DNA of 64,000 nt from Patescibacteria group bacterium (GTDB lineage: Bacteria; Patescibacteriota; Microgenomatia; Daviesbacterales; UBA10151): NCBI GenBank assembly GCA_038064895.1, contig JBBTSA010000009.1, forward strand, positions 13,595 through 77,594. The letters are read 5' to 3'. Below, piece by piece: positions 16,728 to 26,128 of this stretch. The notes under the pieces were generated by a model, which had not been told where the DNA came from, searched no databases, and was given only the letters and a program-made list of their open reading frames with translations. The first letter of the stretch is position 1, and each line of letters begins with the position of its first letter. The position numbers and the translations under genes are program-made.

Positions 16728-18103
16728 TACCAGAAGAAGTGCAGAAAATTTTAGATAAGTTTAGAAATAAAAAATTCCAAATTTATATTGTGGGAGGGGC
16801 TGTCCGTGATTTATTAATGGGTAAAAAAGTTTCTGACTGGGATTTTACAACAGATGCCAAACCAGAAGAAATCTTAAAACTTTTTCCGAATGCATTTTAT
16901 GACAATAAATTTGGCACCGTTGGAATCCCTATGGCACACCTCGGAGGTGGATTAATGGAAATCACCACTATGAGAAAAGAGGGTGAATACAAAGATTTCC
17001 GCCATCCTGAAAAAGTTGGTTGGACAAATAAAATTGAAGAAGATTTAGCTCGCCGTGATTTTACAGTAAATGCCATTGCCATGAGGTTACACCTTCCAGG
17101 TGAAGCTAAGCAGCCATCTGAATCACACCTGGAAGGTGACGTTGAAATCGTGGATCCATATCATGGGCAAGATGATATTAAGGAAAAAAAGATAAGGGCA
17201 GTGGGAGATCCAACAAAGCGCTTCCAAGAAGATGCTTTAAGGCTTATTAGGACTATCAGATTTTCAGCACAACTGGGATTTGAAATAGATGAAAAAACTT
17301 TTAAGGCACTTAAAGAAAATGCCAATTTAATAAAACAAATTGCATGGGAAAGGATTAGGGATGAACTATTTAAAATACTTGAATCCGAGAATGCTTATGA
17401 TGGAATAGTAAAACTTAGAGAGACAAGGTTATTACAAATTATTCTACCAGAACTTGAAGCATGTTTTGGAATTGTTCAAGAAGGCCCAAAACATGATAGG
17501 ACCTATGATATAGGAGAACACTCCCTCCTAGCTCTTAAACATACACCATCCACTGATCCATTAGTGAGATTTGCAACCCTTTTACATGATGTTGGAAAAC
17601 CCGATACAGTCTCAACTTCAGATGATAAAAATGTAACCTTTTATAATCATGATCTGGTTGGTGGGCAAGTTATTCTTAAGATTGCCAAAAGATTTAATTT
17701 ATCAAAAAAGCAAACTGATAAACTTTATAAACTTGTAAGATGGCATATGTTTACAGTTTCTGAAGACCAAACAGATTCTGCTATAAGAAGGTTTATTAAA
17801 AATGTAGGATTGGAAAATATTGAAGATATGATGGCTTTAAGAGTTGGTGATAGACTTGGTGGTGGCACTCCAACTGAAACCTCTTGGAGAATAGAAAAGT
17901 TTAAAGAGAGAATAAAACAAGTCTTAAAGAAACCTTTTTCTATTTCTGATTTAAAAATAAATGGTAATGATGTTATGAATATACTCGGTATAAAGCCAGG
18001 ACCTAAGGTAGGTGAAATTTTGGAAAAGTTGTTCCAGGAAGTACTTGAAGATTCTAGTAAAAATAAAAAAGAGTATCTTATAAAAAGAATAAGGGATCTA
18101 TGA
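16712..18103 (+). CDS. cca: CCA-adding tRNA nucleotidyltransferase with an HD domain
   Basis: 'IVGGAVRDLLMGKKVSDWDF' is the Pol-beta NTase head. 'LLHDVGK' is the HD motif. Confidence 0.75.
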   Translation: MKNYTLPEEVQKILDKFRNKKFQIYIVGGAVRDLLMGKKVSDWDFTTDAKPEEILKLFPNAFYDNKFGTVGIPMAHLGGGLMEITTMRKEGEYKDFRHPEKVGWTNKIEEDLARRDFTVNAIAMRLHLPGEAKQPSESHLEGDVEIVDPYHGQDDIKEKKIRAVGDPTKRFQEDALRLIRTIRFSAQLGFEIDEKTFKALKENANLIKQIAWERIRDELFKILESENAYDGIVKLRETRLLQIILPELEACFGIVQEGPKHDRTYDIGEHSLLALKHTPSTDPLVRFATLLHDVGKPDTVSTSDDKNVTFYNHDLVGGQVILKIAKRFNLSKKQTDKLYKLVRWHMFTVSEDQTDSAIRRFIKNVGLENIEDMMALRVGDRLGGGTPTETSWRIEKFKERIKQVLKKPFSISDLKINGNDVMNILGIKPGPKVGEILEKLFQEVLEDSSKNKKEYLIKRIRDL

Positions 18104-19029
18104 ATAAGGTTTTAGAGGTTAGAAATTTAACAAAAAGATTTGATACTCCTTCCGGGGAAATTACAGCTGTAGATAATATCAGTTTCTCGCTTAGTGATGG
18201 AGAGATACTTGGGCTACTCGGACCTAACGGTGCAGGTAAAACTACAACCATTCACCTTTTACTCGGAGTGACAACCCCATCCAAGGGTGAAATTAAATAC
18301 TTTGATAAATCCTTTGATAAATCTCGAGAAGAAATTTTAAAAAAAGTAAATTTTTCCTCAGGATATATAAGCCTACCCTGGCTTTTAACTGTTGATGAGA
18401 TACTGGATGTTTTTGCAAGACTTTATGAGATACCAAATAAAAAAGAAAGGATTACAAGACTTTTGTCTATTTTTGAGATAGAGGATTCAAGAAAAAAACA
18501 ATTCTATAAACTTTCAGCAGGACAAAAAAGCAGAGTATTTTTGGTAAAAGCATTTTTAAATTATCCCAGGATAATTCTCCTCGATGAACCTACGGCTTCT
18601 CTTGATCCGGACATTGCGGAAAAGGTAAGAGAATTCTTAAAAAAGGAAAGAAAAGAGTTTAAAGTCAGTATGATTTTTACCTCACACAATATGCCGGAGG
18701 TTGAAGAGATGTGTGACAGATTAATTTTTATAAATCATGGCAAAATAGTTGCAGAAGGAACACCTGAAAAAATAGCCCAAGGAGTAGAAGAGTGCCGTTT
18801 AAATTTAATAATCACGAAAAATCAAGACAGAGCTGTCCGTTTTTTTCATGAAGAAAAACTAAAAATTGAACAAGATAAGAATCACTTTTTGATTCTTGCT
18901 AAAGAGAGTGCAATTGCCTCTCTCCTCACTAAACTTGCCTCAAGAAAAATTGAATACGCTCAAATCAGCATTGATAAACCCAATCTTGAGGATTTCTTTT
19001 TAAGTATGACAAGGGGTAAAAATGATTAA
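18100..19029 (+). CDS. ABC transporter ATP-binding protein
   Basis: Walker A 'GPNGAGKTT'. Signature 'LSAGQKSRV'. Walker B 'ILLDEPT'. Confidence 0.85.
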   Translation: MNKVLEVRNLTKRFDTPSGEITAVDNISFSLSDGEILGLLGPNGAGKTTTIHLLLGVTTPSKGEIKYFDKSFDKSREEILKKVNFSSGYISLPWLLTVDEILDVFARLYEIPNKKERITRLLSIFEIEDSRKKQFYKLSAGQKSRVFLVKAFLNYPRIILLDEPTASLDPDIAEKVREFLKKERKEFKVSMIFTSHNMPEVEEMCDRLIFINHGKIVAEGTPEKIAQGVEECRLNLIITKNQDRAVRFFHEEKLKIEQDKNHFLILAKESAIASLLTKLASRKIEYAQISIDKPNLEDFFLSMTRGKND

Positions 19030-19810
19030 TAAAAACATAGTTATAGCGTTAATTTATCACTATTCATATATTTGGAGGCACAGCTGGGACAGGATTGGTG
19101 ATTCATTCTACTGGCCTGCAATGAATATATTTGTTTGGGGACTTATGAGTTTATATGTTAAGAATGCCAGCACTGAGATTCCACATATTATTCCGGTTAT
19201 TCTAACTGGCGTTGTATTTTGGTTGGTTGTCTGGAGGGCTCAACATGAAATATCTTTAAATCTTTTGGAAGAGTTTTGGAACAGAAATCTTGTCAATATT
19301 TTTATTTCGCCTGTTAGGCTTAGGGAGTGGATAACCTCCGTTACTATTTTTAGTATTGTAAAAATGTTATTAACACTTTCTTTTGCGGCAGTTCTTGTTT
19401 ATTTTTTATATGCCTACAATATTTTTATTTATGGATTTCTGCTTATTCCATTCACACTGAGTCTTATGCTAACCGGTTGGTTTTTGGGATTTTTCGTCTC
19501 AGGAATTATTATGAGGTTTGGACCTACATTCCAGACTTTGGCATGGATAACTCCAATGATAATTGTACCCTTTTCCTCTTTCTATTATCCTGTCTATACG
19601 CTTCCGGATTGGGCGCAAACTGTGGCAAAATTTTTACCCAGTACATACATCATGGAGGGAATGAGAGAAATTATCTTCACCGATAATTTTACTTACGATA
19701 AACTTTTTATAAGTTTTGGACTTAACTTTGTTTATCTTGCCCTTTCAATAACCTTTTTTATTTTTATGTTTAATAAAAGCAAAGAATTAGGTTTTGGAAG
19801 ATGGGGATAA
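19022..19810 (+). CDS. ABC-2 type transporter permease
   Basis: 6-TM permease overlapping the ATPase gene by 8 nt. Confidence 0.6.
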   Translation: MINKNIVIALIYHYSYIWRHSWDRIGDSFYWPAMNIFVWGLMSLYVKNASTEIPHIIPVILTGVVFWLVVWRAQHEISLNLLEEFWNRNLVNIFISPVRLREWITSVTIFSIVKMLLTLSFAAVLVYFLYAYNIFIYGFLLIPFTLSLMLTGWFLGFFVSGIIMRFGPTFQTLAWITPMIIVPFSSFYYPVYTLPDWAQTVAKFLPSTYIMEGMREIIFTDNFTYDKLFISFGLNFVYLALSITFFIFMFNKSKELGFGRWG

Positions 19811-19812
19811 AT

Positions 19813-20709
19813 TTAGTGCTCTAATCTTTCCTCCCAGAAAACCAGCAGAGCTGTAGCATTAAATATTGAGGAATAAGTTCCGGAAATTATTCCTATAAGT
19901 AGTGCCACCACAAACCATTTAATGGTTTCACCACCAAATAAAAGCAGCGCTACCAAGACAAATACCACAGTAAGTGATGTATTCAAAGACCTTGCCAATG
20001 TCTGAACTACGGAAATATTCGCAACATCCGTAAATTTTTTGCCAATATTTTTTAAAAGATTTTCTCTAATCCTATCAAAAACAACAATAGTATCATGAAC
20101 TGAAAAACCTATGATTGTTAAAAGCGCGGTAACAAATAAGGTATCAACCTCTACACCAAGGTAATGTCCCAAAATAGCAAATACACCAACTACAAATAAC
20201 ACATCGTGCAAAAGCGCTATAATCGCACAAACTCCAAATCTCCAAGATGAAGCAGGTTTTGGAACTTTTCTAAAAGAAAATGAGATAAAGAAAACTATTG
20301 CTAAACTTGCAAAAGTCAAGGCAATTAAAGCTTTACTTTGAAGTTCTTTACCAATAGTTGGACCAACAAACTCTACCCGCCTTTCCTCTACTCCGCCAGC
20401 TGGCGAACCGTATTTATCCTCCAAACTTTTACGTAATGTATTGATTTTTTCTTGTTCCAAAGGTTTGGTACGGATTATATATGAATTATCAGAAGAGGCA
20501 ACAATTTGACCAATTTCCACTCCATGACTGGAAACCAAATCCCTTAATTCATTTACATGAATAGGGTTCGTAAACTGGTACTCAAGCAAAGCTCCTCCTG
20601 TAAAATCTATTCCAAACCTTAAAGAGGATGTTAATAAAAAATAAATACCCGGTAAAATCAAAAAAGCCGATAAAATAAAATAAAAGAATTTATACTTCAT
20701 TAAGTTCAT
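19813..20709 (-). CDS. secF: Protein translocase subunit SecF
   Basis: 'GIDFTGGALLEYQF' plus the C-terminal TM bundle. Confidence 0.85.
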   Translation of the reverse strand: MNLMKYKFFYFILSAFLILPGIYFLLTSSLRFGIDFTGGALLEYQFTNPIHVNELRDLVSSHGVEIGQIVASSDNSYIIRTKPLEQEKINTLRKSLEDKYGSPAGGVEERRVEFVGPTIGKELQSKALIALTFASLAIVFFISFSFRKVPKPASSWRFGVCAIIALLHDVLFVVGVFAILGHYLGVEVDTLFVTALLTIIGFSVHDTIVVFDRIRENLLKNIGKKFTDVANISVVQTLARSLNTSLTVVFVLVALLLFGGETIKWFVVALLIGIISGTYSSIFNATALLVFWEERLEH

Positions 20710-20710
20710 A

Positions 20711-21037
20711 TTATTTACTCCTCTTTGATTTGATTAAGTCCTCATGCAACTCATCCTTCAAATCTTCTGCAGCTTTTTTTATTTTTTCTTCCACTTTATC
20801 CACCTTTTCATTTAAAAAATTCCAAATTTTTTGGTGATCCTCCATATTTAGATGCTGTAAGAAAGCTCGCTTATCTTCGGCGGAAAGCTCGGATAAAATG
20901 GCATCAATTATTGTGTAGTGTAGTGATGAATCTACTAAAGAGGCAAGATGTAATTTCTGGTTCTTAGATAAATCTAGTTTATCCAGCTCGTAAGTTATTG
21001 AGTCTATCTCTATTATATGACTGTAAAATCTTTTCAT
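20711..21037 (-). CDS. Small acidic helical protein (108 aa), hypothetical
   Basis: Located between secD and secF. Confidence 0.4.
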   Translation of the reverse strand: MKRFYSHIIEIDSITYELDKLDLSKNQKLHLASLVDSSLHYTIIDAILSELSAEDKRAFLQHLNMEDHQKIWNFLNEKVDKVEEKIKKAAEDLKDELHEDLIKSKRSK

Positions 21038-21906
21038 GCCTGACCTTTCACTTTAATTGGGCCCAATGGTATCTCATCCTTTGGGTCATCAATAAAAAAA
21101 TATAAAACAGCTCCCTTTCTTGGACCGGTTGCTAACCCTAAAACATCCATAACTTCAGGCGAGCCCCCCAAATGTTTTCCTGTCCAAGCAGCGGGTCCTG
21201 CATCACCGATAACTGCCACAACAGACTGTCCTGTTTTAGGATTAACAACTAATATTTTTCTATATTTAAAAAAATCTCTATATTTTCCTACATTTTCCGC
21301 AAAACCAGGGGATAAAAATGTTTGAATTGCCAAATAATATTTTTCTCTCATTTTTTGAGATTCCCCAAATTCTTGCTTTGAAGGTGCAAAATATCCCCAA
21401 GCACCTAAGGACGGTGCAATTCCTGCATCGCTATATTTAGCCCAATCTATTGTATTATCCGCATGGGCATATAAATTATCACCCGGATAACGATATAAGT
21501 GTTGTTCTCCTCCAATTAACCCATAATTTCTGTTAAGCCTTATGCCATCAATACTACCTGTCACCTTTATACCAAAATTACGGGATAAAATTTCGGCAGT
21601 TTCCGATTCCTCATTTGGCTCAAGCGGTCTTACATCAGGAGGCACCACATCATGTAAGGCTTGGGCAAGCAATACATTTGAATCAAATCCTTTTAAAATA
21701 TCGTCCCTTGAAACTATCAGATTTCCTGATGGGAGTACAGGATGTGATGGAGCAGACAAAAGCATAAGCCCCCCTAAAGAACCTATTGCAAGCTGCCTTA
21801 GGTGTGTTCCATGCTTTTCCCATAATTTGTTTTGAATTGCTCTGTGACGCGCAACCCATTTTTTTCTAAGATATTCATAATGCGGCTTTTTAGATGTAAA
21901 TCTCAT
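21034..21906 (-). CDS. Membrane-anchored protein with a C-terminal RlpA-like double-psi beta-barrel domain. It is a putative peptidoglycan-binding or lytic protein.
   Basis: 'KILVVNPKTGQSVVAVIGDAGPAAWTGKHLGGSPEVMDVLGL' resembles RlpA 'VRVTNLRNGRSVVVRINDRGPF..GRIIDLS'. It has an N-terminal TM. Confidence 0.4.
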   Translation of the reverse strand: MRFTSKKPHYEYLRKKWVARHRAIQNKLWEKHGTHLRQLAIGSLGGLMLLSAPSHPVLPSGNLIVSRDDILKGFDSNVLLAQALHDVVPPDVRPLEPNEESETAEILSRNFGIKVTGSIDGIRLNRNYGLIGGEQHLYRYPGDNLYAHADNTIDWAKYSDAGIAPSLGAWGYFAPSKQEFGESQKMREKYYLAIQTFLSPGFAENVGKYRDFFKYRKILVVNPKTGQSVVAVIGDAGPAAWTGKHLGGSPEVMDVLGLATGPRKGAVLYFFIDDPKDEIPLGPIKVKGQA

Positions 21907-23171
21907 TTAATAATAAGTCTTAGAAAAGTCCTTGTTACTACATAACTTGTAAACATTGATACTAAAACTCCAATTGCTAAAGTTATAGCAAATCCTCTAA
22001 CTAAAGATGATCCAAAAAATACCAGTATCCCTGCAGTTAAAAGTGATGATATATTAGATGCCCAAATAGAAGACCATGCTCTTTTAAAACCAAGATCCAG
22101 AGCAGTCATCTTGCTTTTCCCCCACCTTGTTTCTTCTTTCATCCTTTCAAAAATTAAAATATTGGCATCAACTGCCATACCTATTGATAAAATAAATCCT
22201 GCAATCCCGGCTAAAGTCAAAGTAATAGGGGGAAGGATAAATAGACCTGTTTTGAAAATTGCTAAAACTAAAAGTGTATAGATAATTAAAGCTAAATCTG
22301 CTACTGTCCCCAAGTAACCATAATACAACCCCATATAAATTGCAACTATACTCAAACCAATTATTCCTGCCGCTAAACTCTTCTGGACAGACTGCGATCC
22401 TAAAGTTGGGCCAATTGATCTTTGTTCCAAAATTTTAATTGGCACAGGCAAAGCGCCTGCATTTAGTTGTATGCTCAAATTCTTTGCTTCATCTGTTGTA
22501 AACTGTCCTGTAATGACTGCATTTCCCCCGAGAATTTCCTGTTGAACTGTGGGGGCTGAAATTGGTTGGCCGTCTAAGAAGATTGCCAACACTTTGCCTA
22601 CATTTCTTTTCGTAATATCAGCGAATTTTTTTGCTCCCTCTTCATTAAATTCTATCCCAACTTGTGGTCCAGATCTTACTCCTTGGGTACCACCAAAAGT
22701 TACTTGAGCTCTTTTTAAATCTGCGCCGGTAAGACCCGTCGGCCTGGCAAGAAATATTAATGGTATTCCGGATTTTGTAGCTTCAGCCTCTTGAGCAGAA
22801 ATTGCTGCAGGTATTTCCCTAAATTCCAATTCTGCTGTTTTACCAACTAAATTTGCGGCCGCTGTTGCATCTTTAAGTCCAGGCAATTCTACCAAAATTC
22901 TTCTCTGCTCACCAATTTTTGATGTTTGAACTACCGCTTCTGAAACCCCATAGAGGTTAACTCTTTTTTCCAATACCTCTCTTGCTGACTCCAAAGCGCT
23001 ATCACGACTTTGAGGATCAATTTTCTCCGTCTGAGCTTCTAAAATAAGCTCACTTCCTCCTTGTAAATCAAGGCCCAATTTTAAAGGGAAATATGGAAGT
23101 TTGGGAAAATCTATAATAGAAGAGATTAAGACAATAATAATTATAAACCATAGTAACCATCTGGGCTTCAT
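21903..23171 (-). CDS. secD: Protein translocase subunit SecD
   Basis: 'LGLDLQGGSELILEA' plus the C-terminal 6-TM region. Confidence 0.85.
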   Translation of the reverse strand: MKPRWLLWFIIIIVLISSIIDFPKLPYFPLKLGLDLQGGSELILEAQTEKIDPQSRDSALESAREVLEKRVNLYGVSEAVVQTSKIGEQRRILVELPGLKDATAAANLVGKTAELEFREIPAAISAQEAEATKSGIPLIFLARPTGLTGADLKRAQVTFGGTQGVRSGPQVGIEFNEEGAKKFADITKRNVGKVLAIFLDGQPISAPTVQQEILGGNAVITGQFTTDEAKNLSIQLNAGALPVPIKILEQRSIGPTLGSQSVQKSLAAGIIGLSIVAIYMGLYYGYLGTVADLALIIYTLLVLAIFKTGLFILPPITLTLAGIAGFILSIGMAVDANILIFERMKEETRWGKSKMTALDLGFKRAWSSIWASNISSLLTAGILVFFGSSLVRGFAITLAIGVLVSMFTSYVVTRTFLRLIIK

Positions 23172-23174
23172 ACC

Positions 23175-23771
23175 CTAAACAATTACCCCTTCCAAAAGTT
23201 CATCTTCATCCCCAATTAGCATAATTTTTGGTTGCACAAGTACCCTTATAATAAATGGGTCGCGTCTTTTAACTCTAAACTTAAATTCTGCCTCATCCAT
23301 AAATGAATAATTTATTTCTTGCTCACGCCTTGCTTGTTCATCAGAAACGATTGTCTGGAGTTCCGGCAATACAATGTTTCCAACTACCAAAAGATCAACA
23401 TCATCCTTTGACGGAGCAACGCCTTTGACGAACCTTGTTGCCAAAAACGCATACCTTACTTTGCCCAGTTTTACCTTATTCTTAATTAAATTTCCACCTA
23501 TCCCCGATGTCTTAGCAATCAGTGATAATAGTTCCCGATAAAATAAATAATCTCTTCTGAATCTATACAGCCTTCTGTTTGCGCGCCATTCGGATGAAAC
23601 CATTCCAAACTTCTCCATCCTAGCAAGTTCCCGCCTCACGGCATTTATTTCTTCGGCTACTCTTCTAACTATCTCACGGACATGAAAAAGTGAATCTTGC
23701 GGGGAAGACAAAAAAAGAGTAAGTATTTTTACCCGGACTTTTGATACGAATAATTCTTCTAACACTGCCAC
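23175..23771 (-). CDS. Hypothetical protein with an N-terminal winged-helix-like region (198 aa)
   Basis: 'VRVKILTLFLSS...VREIVRRV...AVRRELARMEKFGMV' is HTH-like. The rest is unknown. Confidence 0.35.
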   Translation of the reverse strand: MAVLEELFVSKVRVKILTLFLSSPQDSLFHVREIVRRVAEEINAVRRELARMEKFGMVSSEWRANRRLYRFRRDYLFYRELLSLIAKTSGIGGNLIKNKVKLGKVRYAFLATRFVKGVAPSKDDVDLLVVGNIVLPELQTIVSDEQARREQEINYSFMDEAEFKFRVKRRDPFIIRVLVQPKIMLIGDEDELLEGVIV

Positions 23772-23792
23772 CTCCTTTCTAGGCAGATGATA

Positions 23793-24998
23793 TCAATACG
23801 TAACTTTAGATCCCTCCGGGACAGTCTGGATCCATATCTGACCTCTTATAAATTCTACTTCCTTACCATTTTTATCAACGAATTTGCTTCTTGAGGTCCG
23901 AGACTGCTTAACCCATTTACCTTCCAATACATTACCGTTCTGGAAAATTAAGGCTCGACCACTTCCTACTGTGCCATAAAGTAAATGGACATTCCCCGGA
24001 TAACCATCGTTAGCATTTGACTCCCGCTGAAACTGAACCACAATATTTTTTGCTTCTAGTTGCTTTTTATTATTTAGATCAAGATGAGTCTCGCTACCAT
24101 GTTTTCTTTTATAGCAACTGCATGTTGCTTCATAATTCCATTCAACTTGATAGTTTGATTGATTCTCCCAAAAGTTTACAGTAATTTGAATAGCCTGTTT
24201 GCCATCATCTTGTGGCGGGCCATTTGAATCATTAAATTTCCAGGGGGTAAAATTTTCATCCCACCTGATTCCTGCTGAATCTGTTGCCAGAAAGCCCCGT
24301 TTTGCACCAACACCCCAAAGCTTTTGGGTCGTTGAGTACATGGTATGTTCTGTTGCAACAGGGTGATCCAGCCTTTGATAATCGCGCCAAAATACAGGAA
24401 AACCAATTGAGAATTGGTTTAAATCCTTAATATCATATTTTATTATTTGTCCTAAAGCATCCGCTAATCCAGGGGTGTTTGCGCCTCCAACGTGAGCATA
24501 TAAGCCGTCATATTCCGAAAGCCAATCAAGATAATAAGTTCTCGCTGACCTAACAGGACCGACTTGTACATCTGCCAAATTGCATAAATAAATTGCCATA
24601 AAGCGGGTAATGCCACCTTCTGCTACTGCCTCATAGATAATATCTGCAGATGAAAGTCCTGATTGAGGTCTTGCCTCAACGTGATTTTCTATCATGGTAG
24701 CAAGAGGGCGTCTTTGCTCCCAAGCATCCTTTGCTTTTTTGGTGTGAAATAAACCATTGAGCGGACAAGCTTCTGTCTTGGGTTCATTAGGGTCTTCTTC
24801 AAATGCTCCTGTAGGCCCGGGTAAGGCAGATGTTAAAACTCCATTTGGGGCACCTTTACCAATTTTGCTAAATAAAGAATAGGATATGCTCGAGGAGGTA
24901 CTATAAATTACTACAGCTAAAATTGTTAAACTTAAAATTTTTTGTAAATTAGTTAATTCTTGAAATGTTTCAAGAATATTACCCATTATATTAGTCAT
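23793..24998 (-). CDS. DUF3048 (YerB-like) extracytoplasmic protein
   Basis: N-terminal TM. 'RPQSGLSSADIIYEAVAEGGITRFMAIY' matches the hallmark DUF3048 block. Confidence 0.5.
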   Translation of the reverse strand: MTNIMGNILETFQELTNLQKILSLTILAVVIYSTSSSISYSLFSKIGKGAPNGVLTSALPGPTGAFEEDPNEPKTEACPLNGLFHTKKAKDAWEQRRPLATMIENHVEARPQSGLSSADIIYEAVAEGGITRFMAIYLCNLADVQVGPVRSARTYYLDWLSEYDGLYAHVGGANTPGLADALGQIIKYDIKDLNQFSIGFPVFWRDYQRLDHPVATEHTMYSTTQKLWGVGAKRGFLATDSAGIRWDENFTPWKFNDSNGPPQDDGKQAIQITVNFWENQSNYQVEWNYEATCSCYKRKHGSETHLDLNNKKQLEAKNIVVQFQRESNANDGYPGNVHLLYGTVGSGRALIFQNGNVLEGKWVKQSRTSRSKFVDKNGKEVEFIRGQIWIQTVPEGSKVTY

Positions 24999-25470
24999 CT
25001 TTTTGTTTTAATGCTTTCTCTAAAACAGCCTTCTCTTCTTTTGAAAATTGATATTTTTGTCCCTTACCCTCTATTACTGGTTTAGCAAAAATCCTTGTAC
25101 CATTCCTTGCATGTAAACTGGTCACAACTATCCCTGATCCTCCCTCATTAAGCAAGGCTAAAGAAAAGCTTATATTGCCTCCTGTATCATCATAAGGGTT
25201 ATACCGCAAAAGCGAAACTTTCTGTATATGATTTACGCCTTGTTTATCAAGCTGCAACAATTTTTCTTCCAATCCTTTCAAATCTCCTTTGAACTCATTA
25301 ACCAATTTTACGACTTCCTCAAATTTAATCCTTATATCTCTTTCTCCTGATTTTGGAAAAAGAGCTCTAAGAAAATTTTGCTGTTTCCAAATCATAAAAC
25401 TTAAGATCCCAAGCCAGATAAAAATTACCGCCACCGCCAGTTGGGCGAAGACGGGCCAATCCGAATACAT
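24991..25470 (-). CDS. Membrane-anchored hypothetical protein (159 aa)
   Basis: N-terminal TM plus a soluble domain. Overlaps the upstream gene by 8 nt. Confidence 0.4.
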   Translation of the reverse strand: MYSDWPVFAQLAVAVIFIWLGILSFMIWKQQNFLRALFPKSGERDIRIKFEEVVKLVNEFKGDLKGLEEKLLQLDKQGVNHIQKVSLLRYNPYDDTGGNISFSLALLNEGGSGIVVTSLHARNGTRIFAKPVIEGKGQKYQFSKEEKAVLEKALKQKDD

Positions 25471-25618
25471 AAGTTACTCTTTTAATATAACTTTAGCCAA
25501 AGAATTTGTCAATGAAGGAAAATACCCTTCCCTCAAGAAGAAAATAATCCGCCCCATAGTCCTAGCCTCATTTGGTGCTTGACAAGCATGCTTGTGCGTG
25601 CTAGGCTCAACTGTGCGT

Positions 25619-25888
25619 ATGGCTATCCATGAGTTAAAAAAACAAACGGATATTGAGAAGCGCCTCAAGCTACTTCGGCAACAAATTTATGGTAAAGAAA
25701 AAAAGTGGGAAGTTAGAGGTGAGAAGATCACCACCACCCATCTACCACATCTTACATCTAGCGCAGAAATTTCCTACCTCTATAAGGATCTACTTAAAAT
25801 ATTAATCTTTGCTTCCTTAGCAATAGGAGCTCAGGTTATTCTATTTTTCCTTTCAAAAAACCATATTTTAAACCTAAATTTCTTTTAG
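25619..25888 (+). CDS. Possible small protein with a C-terminal TM (start uncertain)
   Basis: Upstream putative promoter TTGACA(25579)-17-TAGGCT. A palindrome ACAAGCATGCTTGT overlaps the -35. Weak call. Confidence 0.3.
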   Translation: MAIHELKKQTDIEKRLKLLRQQIYGKEKKWEVRGEKITTTHLPHLTSSAEISYLYKDLLKILIFASLAIGAQVILFFLSKNHILNLNFF

Positions 25889-25908
25889 AAAGGGGGTGAT
25901 TTTCGAGT

Positions 25909-26049
25909 ATGACACAAATGTATTGTGTAAAATGCCGTCAAAAAAGAGATGCTGAAAACGTTCAGCAAGTTACCATGAAAAATGGCAAGAAGGCCTCAAA
26001 AGGCACTTGTCCAAATTGCGGCACCTCCATGTTTAGAATTGGTGGGTAA
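25909..26049 (+). CDS. 46-aa zinc-ribbon mini-protein (CxxC...CxxC), missed by the ORF track
   Basis: SD AGGGGGTGA lies 9 nt upstream. The translation is MTQMYCVKCRQKRDAENVQQVTMKNGKKASKGTCPNCGTSMFRIGG. A terminator follows. Confidence 0.55.
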   Translation: MTQMYCVKCRQKRDAENVQQVTMKNGKKASKGTCPNCGTSMFRIGG

Positions 26050-26085
26050 TCCGCCAGCTGGCGGACTGCCCATACTGAAATTTGA

Positions 26086-26121
26086 GAAAAACTACGTCCA
26101 TATAAACTGGACGTAGTTTTT
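26086..26121. terminator. Bidirectional rho-independent terminator. An A5 run precedes the hairpin ACTACGTCCA-tataaac-TGGACGTAGT, and a T5 run follows it. It terminates the convergent zinc-ribbon gene and comM.
   Basis: Seen directly. An extra palindrome CCGCCAGCTGGCGG lies at 26051-26064. Confidence 0.6.
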
Positions 26122-26128
26122 CATGGAG

